Assembly (NCBI GenBank): GCA_050250895.1
Contig: JBFWNU010000006.1
Span: 183,513-247,512 of the forward strand
From: Vulcanimicrobiota bacterium
GTDB taxonomy: Bacteria > Vulcanimicrobiota > Xenobia > Xenobiales > JADMJV01
Reading direction: 5' to 3'
Length of the DNA: 64,000 bases
Notes under the pieces: model-generated
What the model saw: the letters and a program-made list of their open reading frames with translations, nothing else
Told to the model about the DNA's origin: nothing
Databases searched by the model: none
Translations under genes and position numbers: made by a program
In this document: one piece after another, positions 57,404 through 64,000 of the stretch
Numbering within the stretch: position 1 is the first letter of the stretch
Layout of the letters: each line of letters opens with the position of its first letter

Positions 57404-58839
57404 GGTCCCGATTTCAGCCAGGGTCGAATCTTGCGCATCAGAGTCAGCCTCAGGTCGACGCGGCCGGCCAGGTCGAACTGGGATTCCACCACGTAGCGTC
57501 GGGCTGAACCCAGGTGACGAAGCGCGCAAGAGTAGCTGATCTCGACCCCGTCTGCGTCGAGCAGGCGCAACCCGTCTAAAGCCGGCTCGAGCAGGCGGGG
57601 GTGAGCTTCGAGGCCCTCGATCAGGATCGACACGGCCCGATCCGGGCAGTCAGCGTCGTCAGGCTCGACTCGGGTGATGACGACGTTTTCTTCAGCTAAC
57701 CGAAGGTTGCCGAGAGGCTGGTCCAGCGAGCAAGCCAGCACATCCTCGAACAGATAGGTTTCGGGCTCGAGTTCGGCGTCCTCCAGCTCGAGTTCGCCAC
57801 TGCCCAGACGCTGGTAAAGCTGTTCGAGATAGGCGGCCAGTCCCGAGGCCATGACCCGCCGATGAGAGCAGTCGAAGTCGACCTCGATCACCTGGCCCAC
57901 GGTTCCCTCCGGGGTGGGGTCGAGGTCCAGGCAGATCAGATTGCCGCTGTGATCGTGGGCGATGGGCAGCCAGAGAGGGCTGGCGTAGAGCGGTTTGACC
58001 GGCCCCTCGCATTCGAGCCAGTCCAGTCGGACCTCGCCCAGGCGAGCCGTGTCGAGCATCGTTTCATAGTGGGACGCGATTTCGTCCAGATTTAGCAAGC
58101 TCCAGCCCTCGAGCAGGCCGCAGGGCGAGCTGTCATCCTGGCCCCCCTGCCAGCCAAAGAATTCCCGGACAGCCGGCGGTGGCTCCAGCCCGAGTTGGCG
58201 AAAGAACAACCTCAGCCGCGCCTCCGGGGCTCCCGGCGACAGGCTCTGGTGGACTCGCGGCGAGTTATGCTCGAGCCACTCGACCAGTCTCTCCCAGGCG
58301 GCTAAGGCGGAGGGCAGGTCTGGCCCCGATGGCAAAGGCCGTTGGTCCATCAGTTCAACCAGGAAGTCCTCCAGACTGGCGGCCACCACCTTGCGAGTGC
58401 TGCCACTTAGATCGACCTCGACCAGTTGGCCTTCAACCCCACCCTCGGCTGGCTCGAGGTCAAAGCAAAGTAGACGCGAGATGCCGTGGCGAGCCATCGG
58501 AACCCAGCCTCTAAGACCGAGCGCCGGCCGCAGAGGGCCCTGGCACTCGAGCTGCTCCCGAGGTAGGGCCTGGCCCGAGGCCAGGTTGCCCATGCGTGTC
58601 CAACATTCGAGGCTCTCTTGAAAAGAAAGCGACCACCAGTCGCCGAGCAGAGGTTGGCTGGCCGTCTCGGCCTGGCCCTGTTGCAGCGAGAAAAATTCTC
58701 GCATGGTCGGGGGAAAGCGAAAGCCGAAGCCGTTCTCCATGTATTCGATTTCGTCCGGCCTGGCCCCGGGACGCAGCTGAAGCCGCTCGCTGGAGGAGTT
58801 TTCGAGTAATCGATTCCACAGCTGCGAGAACCCGGTCAT
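57400..58839 (-). CDS. Tandem SMI1/KNR4 (SUKH) domain protein
   Basis: Two copies of L.PGA...P..REFF....GQ...W.P.A......C.DL.P...G..GQ..E......V.A..L..(F/Y)L. Confidence 0.9.
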   Translation of the reverse strand: MTGFSQLWNRLLENSSSERLQLRPGARPDEIEYMENGFGFRFPPTMREFFSLQQGQAETASQPLLGDWWSLSFQESLECWTRMGNLASGQALPREQLECQGPLRPALGLRGWVPMARHGISRLLCFDLEPAEGGVEGQLVEVDLSGSTRKVVAASLEDFLVELMDQRPLPSGPDLPSALAAWERLVEWLEHNSPRVHQSLSPGAPEARLRLFFRQLGLEPPPAVREFFGWQGGQDDSSPCGLLEGWSLLNLDEIASHYETMLDTARLGEVRLDWLECEGPVKPLYASPLWLPIAHDHSGNLICLDLDPTPEGTVGQVIEVDFDCSHRRVMASGLAAYLEQLYQRLGSGELELEDAELEPETYLFEDVLACSLDQPLGNLRLAEENVVITRVEPDDADCPDRAVSILIEGLEAHPRLLEPALDGLRLLDADGVEISYSCALRHLGSARRYVVESQFDLAGRVDLRLTLMRKIRPWLKSGP

Positions 58840-58872
58840 CCGGGCAGCTTCGCGATTAACGCTTGTGATCCC

Positions 58873-59907
58873 TCAGTCGGGCCGCCACTCGAAGAAGCTG
58901 ACCATCTCGCGGTAGACATCCGAGTCGTTGGGCAGATTGCCGTGGTGCTTGTAGCCTTTGCCCGGCAGCAATTTGACCGGCACCCCCGGCATCTCGAGGC
59001 TGGAGGCCTCGACCATCCCGTCGCCGCCGGCCATTGGCCACCAACCGGCCGAGGCGGTGGGCAGGTCTTTGCCACCCACGATTTCGAGCGACTCGGTCTG
59101 GGCTACCTGGTGGGACCAGTGGTCGTTGAGCGCGGCCAGGTGAGGATTGTCACGACCGTCGCGGTCCGAGGCCCCCATCCATTCCATGGCCGGCAGATGA
59201 GCGGGGGTGAGCCCGGCCATGCCCATGGCCCACTGGATATCCCGGGCGATCAAGCGGGCTCCCAATTTGCCCAGGCGCGAGCCTTTGTTGCCGGTTCCCA
59301 GCAGCATGACCTTGCCCACGCGTTCGGGATACTCGTCTAGATAGACGCGGGTGGCCAGTCCTCCCATGCTATAGCCTAAGAGGTCGAGGCGTTCGCTGCC
59401 GGTGGCCTGGCGAACCGCTCGGAAGGCCCTATCGAGTTGGGGAGCCGTGCGGTCGGGCGGCGAGAGGACATCGTCGAAAACGACCACGAAGACCCTGGCC
59501 TGGGCATCGACGTGAGCGGCCGGTTGGCTGCACTCTTTGTCGACAAAGATGGAGCCGTCTTTGACATAGTAGGCGTGCCCACCGTTGCGACCGTCGCTGG
59601 TCAAGCGAGCCACCAGCGCGTCGAACTTTTCGGGGCGGGTGGTCCAACCCGGCACAATCACATAAGGACGGTCGATCAACACGTTGCCCACGTCTTGCAG
59701 GGGGGGTCGTTCGGCTTTCAGGCGGGCCGCTTCGGCCGCGCCCATCTCGTAGAGCTTGCCGGCACCCAAGATTTGGCTGACATTGACCATGTCGTCGACC
59801 CAGGGACCGAGCGGGCCGGACTCGACGGTCGATTCGCTGATGACCTGGCGTCGCACGCGGCCCGGGTCGTAGTTGTTTGTCGCGCTAGCTCGCATCGGGC
59901 TAACCAT
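58873..59907 (-). CDS. Alpha/beta hydrolase (lipase/PGAP1-like) without signal peptide
   Basis: VPGW, GYSMGG nucleophile elbow, GDGMV, HGNL. Confidence 0.88.
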   Translation of the reverse strand: MVSPMRASATNNYDPGRVRRQVISESTVESGPLGPWVDDMVNVSQILGAGKLYEMGAAEAARLKAERPPLQDVGNVLIDRPYVIVPGWTTRPEKFDALVARLTSDGRNGGHAYYVKDGSIFVDKECSQPAAHVDAQARVFVVVFDDVLSPPDRTAPQLDRAFRAVRQATGSERLDLLGYSMGGLATRVYLDEYPERVGKVMLLGTGNKGSRLGKLGARLIARDIQWAMGMAGLTPAHLPAMEWMGASDRDGRDNPHLAALNDHWSHQVAQTESLEIVGGKDLPTASAGWWPMAGGDGMVEASSLEMPGVPVKLLPGKGYKHHGNLPNDSDVYREMVSFFEWRPD

Positions 59908-59952
59908 GAGACTAGCATAAGGCCAGCTCGGGACCCACTTGCTACAGCCAGG

Positions 59953-62076
59953 TTAATTGGTCGTCGCCGTCAGGGCCCGATACCTGCCTTGACTGATGAC
60001 CACCACGTAGGCTTTGCGCGCGTTGAGGTTCTTGCTGGGTGCAAAGGTGCCGCCCACCCCGGAGTAGGGCGGTCGCGTGCGCCCGAACGAATCCAGGTAG
60101 TCGCGCATGGCGTCTCGCGTCCGGCACTCGGCCAGTCCATCGACCACCAGGTTGGTGGCGTCATAGGCGTCGGCGATGACGTGGGAGGGAAACTCTTGCT
60201 CGAAGGTACGCCGATAACGGTCGATGAATTGGACCACCCGGGGGTCCCGAGAGTCGGCCGGAAAATAGCCGGAAAGGACCATCCCGTCGACGGCCTGGGC
60301 ATCTTGGCCGAGCAGTTCGGGCGTGAAGGGCACCGCCTGCGAGGCCAGAGCCACCTTGACCCCGGCTGCCCGCAGTCTGGTGGCCAGGCCGGTCACCACC
60401 GAGGGACGGAAGTCGGCGATAAAGATGAAGTCGAGGTTGCTAGCCAGGATCTCGCTCGGCTCCCAATTTTTGATCGGAGTGGAGTAGGCCTGGCTGCTCA
60501 CCAGCTCACCGCCTTTCTCCTCGAGCTGCCGCGCCATGACCCGCATCATCGACTCGGAAAGGATGATTTTGTCGTCGTAGAGGACCCCGGCCTTGAGCTT
60601 GCCTTCGGACGCGAAGTGATTCACCAGCACCTGCAATCGTCCGGTCTGGGTGTCGGCCCCCGAGAATAGATACGAGCTGGCCTCGAACACCCGCGGGTCC
60701 GAGGCCGTGGGAGCCAACAACGGGAACTTGGTGTCGCTCAGGCGGGGTACCAGGCTCAAAGCGGATTGGGAAGTGAGCGGACCGATGGCCACCAGAATCT
60801 CGGAGTCATGAGAGAATTGGTCGAAGGCGGCCTGGCAACCCTCAGAAGTAGAGTGGTCGTCGTAGACGTCAAGAATCAGGTTGCGACCCTCGACCCCGGG
60901 GCCCTGGTTGAGTTCTTGCTGGGCCAGCACGATGCCGGCCAGCATGTCCTTGCCGTTCGAGGCGTCGATGCCGGTGAGCGAGGTAACCACGGCCAGTTTG
61001 AGCGTGGGTGCGTTGACCAGGTGGGCCAGGCAGTTCTGTCTGAGCACGTGGGCTTCGGGGTCGTCCGGGTGGCGGGTGACCAGGTCGTCGAGCAGGCTGA
61101 TCGCCTCGGTCCACTTCTGTCGCTCCATCAAGCTTCGGGCCTTGATCTTCGGGTCGGATCCGATAGGATCGAAATGCAGGTCGGCCGGCAGGAAGACCAC
61201 CATGACCCCGGCCATGAAGAAGAGGGTTGCGAGAGTCATCAGCCAACCTAGCCAGGCGCGGGCCGCTGGGGCCGCTGGAGTCACCCCCTCGTCGACTCGC
61301 TGGCGGGGCGACAGGGCTTCGAGCCGGGCCGCCAGTCGCTCGGCCGCTTCGTGCGAGGTTTTGACCCTTTGATCGGGGTCAGGATTCATGAGGTCGCGGA
61401 GCAGGTCCTTGCTTGGCGCCGACAGGCTGTCCGGCAGGGGCGCCTCGGCCTGGTTACGATAGATAGCCCGGGGATGCTGGCCGGTGAAGAGAAAATATAG
61501 CGTCGCGCCCAGGCCGTAGACATCGGTGCTCTCGGTATCGGGCAGGTCCGAGCGCCATTGTTCCGGGGGGGCGTAGCCGATGGAACCGGCGCCTTCCTCG
61601 TCGGTGGCGTCGGCGGCTCGGCGAGCCAGGCCAAAATCGATCAGCTTGAGTTCACCGCTTTCGTCGACCAGCATATTGTCGGGCTTGAGGTCTCGGAACA
61701 AGACCTGCTGGGCGTGAAGATACTCGAGCACGCGGGCGATGCTCAAGCCCCATTTGAGCGATTTGACCTCTTGCGGGGGTCCGTTCTCTTCCACAAAGGC
61801 AGTGAGGGTTGGTCCGGGAACATACTCCATGACCAGAAAGAGGCCGTCCTCCTGATGGAAGTAGTCGATGATCAAGGGCAGGTTGGGGTGGCGCAGCCCG
61901 GCCAGGATCGAAGCCTCGCGCTGGAAGTCCTCCGCGCTGCCCGAATGGAGTTGCTTGACCGCCCGCTGCTGACCCCCCACCCGCCGGTCGAAGCACAGAT
62001 AGACCGAACTGGCACCGCCACGACCTAATAGACTGACCACCTCATAGCGGTCTTTGAGAACCCGCCCCCGGTCCAT
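59953..62076 (-). CDS. Hanks-type Ser/Thr kinase with TM, TPR and extracellular LivJ-like solute-binding domain
   Basis: GRGGASSVY, AVK, FRDLKPDN, DFG, APPE; TM; G..LA..ELN...G.EGR...YDD, IGP..S, AYDA. Confidence 0.92.
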   Translation of the reverse strand: MDRGRVLKDRYEVVSLLGRGGASSVYLCFDRRVGGQQRAVKQLHSGSAEDFQREASILAGLRHPNLPLIIDYFHQEDGLFLVMEYVPGPTLTAFVEENGPPQEVKSLKWGLSIARVLEYLHAQQVLFRDLKPDNMLVDESGELKLIDFGLARRAADATDEEGAGSIGYAPPEQWRSDLPDTESTDVYGLGATLYFLFTGQHPRAIYRNQAEAPLPDSLSAPSKDLLRDLMNPDPDQRVKTSHEAAERLAARLEALSPRQRVDEGVTPAAPAARAWLGWLMTLATLFFMAGVMVVFLPADLHFDPIGSDPKIKARSLMERQKWTEAISLLDDLVTRHPDDPEAHVLRQNCLAHLVNAPTLKLAVVTSLTGIDASNGKDMLAGIVLAQQELNQGPGVEGRNLILDVYDDHSTSEGCQAAFDQFSHDSEILVAIGPLTSQSALSLVPRLSDTKFPLLAPTASDPRVFEASSYLFSGADTQTGRLQVLVNHFASEGKLKAGVLYDDKIILSESMMRVMARQLEEKGGELVSSQAYSTPIKNWEPSEILASNLDFIFIADFRPSVVTGLATRLRAAGVKVALASQAVPFTPELLGQDAQAVDGMVLSGYFPADSRDPRVVQFIDRYRRTFEQEFPSHVIADAYDATNLVVDGLAECRTRDAMRDYLDSFGRTRPPYSGVGGTFAPSKNLNARKAYVVVISQGRYRALTATTN

Positions 62077-62080
62077 CGAC

Positions 62081-63421
62081 TTAAGTCCGCGCTTCTTCGG
62101 CCACCGGCGCCTTCAGCTCGATGGTGAACTTGGCTCCGCCTTCCTCGCTTTCACCGATGGAGACGTTGCCTTGATGCTTGCGCACCACTTCCTTGCAGAT
62201 GGCCAACCCTAAGCCGGTGCCGTGGCCCACATCTTTGGTCGTGAAGAACGGCTCGAAGATACGAGCCCGGATGTCCTTGGGAATACCGGGGCCGTTATCG
62301 CTGACCTCGACTTTGATCATGTCGTCATGACAGCCGGAGCGAATCTTGATGGTGGGACGGTTCACCCCGGTGTTTCGTAGCGCATCGCGGGCGTTGACCA
62401 GCAGATTGTTGAATACGTGTGACCACTGGGTCGAGTTGGCCCTGAAGGTAGGCAGAGGAGAAAGGTCGGTCTCGATGGCGATCTCGTCTTGCGCAAAGCT
62501 TTCGCGTAGCAATTCGACGGTGTTCTCGATGACCTTGTTGAGGTCGGTCTCGGAGCGCACGAAACGCGAGAAGGTCAGGCCCTGTTCGGTTTCGACCGGG
62601 GCCCTCGAGTAGACCAGCAGCTTCTGGATGATGGCCTTGCACTTCTCCACCGCCTCTTTGACGATGTTCATGCGCTTGGCCTTGTCGGCGCTGTCCTCTT
62701 TGCGCAACAGGCTGGAGACCATGGCCAGAACCGCGCCCAGAGGAGTGTTGAGTTCGTGGGCGACACCGGCCGCCAGGCGGCCGACGCTGGCCAGATGGCT
62801 CTCTTCGCCGAGTTCGGCTTGTAGCGTCTGGATCTCTGCTCGGGCCTGGGCTTGTAGGCGCTCGATTTCCGCCTGGGCCTCGGCCAGCGCCCCCTGTCCA
62901 TAGAATCTCGGGGCCAGCACCGAGGCGGCCGTAGCCACCACATCGATCAACCCCCGCTGGGCGGCCCCCGGAGGCGCGAGCTCGTCCCAGAAGAGCAAGA
63001 GGGCTCCGCCCCCTTCATGTCCCGACCACACCGGCACGGCCATGATGAAACGCCCGCCGTGGCTGGCTTCGGTGGGCTCGCTGTTGCGATACGCCTGTTC
63101 TAGCAGGTCTTTGACCACGCCCGGTCCGGTGGCTTCGGCCGAGAGACCGGTCTGAGCCGCCCGCCGAAAGCCGCTCTCTTCACCGCCCGGCTGGAGATAG
63201 AGGGACACGCCCTGGGCGCCCGTCTCGGCAGCGCAGGTCTGACATAGACCCAGAGCCTGAGCTTCGACCTCGGTCTGCTCGGGGATCGATTGAAGAATAC
63301 GAAGCAGGCTGTCGATATGACGGTCGCGCTGGCGTAGCTGATAATAGCACGCCCACCCCCCCGCCAGCGCCAACCCCGTACTGACCGCCCAGAGCCCATA
63401 GACCAAGCTGGATGTGTCCAC
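62081..63421 (-). CDS. Membrane-anchored GAF-like sensor histidine kinase
   Basis: [38 protein letters not shown]. Confidence 0.92.
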   Translation of the reverse strand: MDTSSLVYGLWAVSTGLALAGGWACYYQLRQRDRHIDSLLRILQSIPEQTEVEAQALGLCQTCAAETGAQGVSLYLQPGGEESGFRRAAQTGLSAEATGPGVVKDLLEQAYRNSEPTEASHGGRFIMAVPVWSGHEGGGALLLFWDELAPPGAAQRGLIDVVATAASVLAPRFYGQGALAEAQAEIERLQAQARAEIQTLQAELGEESHLASVGRLAAGVAHELNTPLGAVLAMVSSLLRKEDSADKAKRMNIVKEAVEKCKAIIQKLLVYSRAPVETEQGLTFSRFVRSETDLNKVIENTVELLRESFAQDEIAIETDLSPLPTFRANSTQWSHVFNNLLVNARDALRNTGVNRPTIKIRSGCHDDMIKVEVSDNGPGIPKDIRARIFEPFFTTKDVGHGTGLGLAICKEVVRKHQGNVSIGESEEGGAKFTIELKAPVAEEART

Positions 63422-63538
63422 CGGTGGGCATTTTGCACGGCGGCGGGGGTATCCTCCCGGGGCCTGCCTCTAACCTTGAAGGACATTAGAATTCTTCAGG
63501 GAAGTCTGCGCCAAAGTAAGGGGAGGTCAGGGTGTTAC

Positions 63539-64000
63539 GTGCCTGAAAACATACTGGTAGTCGAAGACGATCCTTTGATGCTGGCAGCCCTGGAGATTCT
63601 GCTCGAGGACGAAGGTTACAACGTGACCACGGCTTCGTCGGGTCTCGAGGCGATTGAACGCGCAAAGGAAACGGAGTTCGATCTGGTGGTCAGCGATGTG
63701 CGGATGGCCGAGATGGATGGTATCGAGACCATCTCCAACGTCAAGCAACAGCAGCCTGATACCCGTTCGATCGTGATCACGGGTTACGCCAGTCCCGACG
63801 TTCCCATCCAGGCCATCAAGATGGGCGTCGACGACTATATCATGAAGCCGTTCGACGACCGCCAGTTCGTCGCCAGCGTCAAGCGCTGCCTCGAGAGTTT
63901 CAAGCTGCAGAAGGCCTACACTTCGGGTCTACAAGCCCAATGGCGCGATTTCGCCTCGATCATCAAGCTGCTTTCAGAAGGGGTAGAAGAGCGAGACCCC
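63539..64000 (+). CDS. Response regulator, probably with an HD-GYP-like output domain (truncated by the window end)
   Basis: ILVVEDD, VSDVRM, ITGY, DYIMKPF, ending ...EGVEERDP; GGAGG RBS; not in the ORF track. Confidence 0.85.
   Translation, partial: MPENILVVEDDPLMLAALEILLEDEGYNVTTASSGLEAIERAKETEFDLVVSDVRMAEMDGIETISNVKQQQPDTRSIVITGYASPDVPIQAIKMGVDDYIMKPFDDRQFVASVKRCLESFKLQKAYTSGLQAQWRDFASIIKLLSEGVEERDP

Overview
A GC-rich bacterial chromosomal window with about 57 CDS. I saw no rRNA, tRNA, CRISPR array or transposase. Terrabacteria-type genes (YqzL-like, SpoIID/LytB) occur with a diderm LptA/OstA-like gene, which suggests a diderm Terrabacteria lineage such as Vulcanimicrobiota/Eremiobacterota (inference only). 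Housekeeping content: a MoxR-DUF58-VWA (Bat-type) operon, an FtsH paralogue, two tandem DUF1328 genes beside topoisomerase IB, infA, a serA-like gene, sucCD, potABCD, murQ and several signalling proteins. Best candidates for new biology: (1) a 33-44 kb module with a secreted CHAT protease and a secreted caspase-like protease, a LytS kinase lacking its ATP-binding motifs and a LytTR regulator, where three promoters share identically spaced LytTR-type direct repeats; (2) signal-peptide-less, effector-like proteins (Zn-peptidase, harpin-like lytic transglycosylase, lipase, glycine-zipper protein), two with sigma28-like promoter motifs, beside a double SMI1/KNR4 protein; (3) a coupled Tpt1/KptA plus IMPase-ADP-ribosylhydrolase operon; (4) a ~215-nt multi-cruciform element between sucD and potC; (5) widespread leaderless-type promoters and several small ORFs missing from the ORF track. 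All family calls come from reading motifs by eye; no searches were run.
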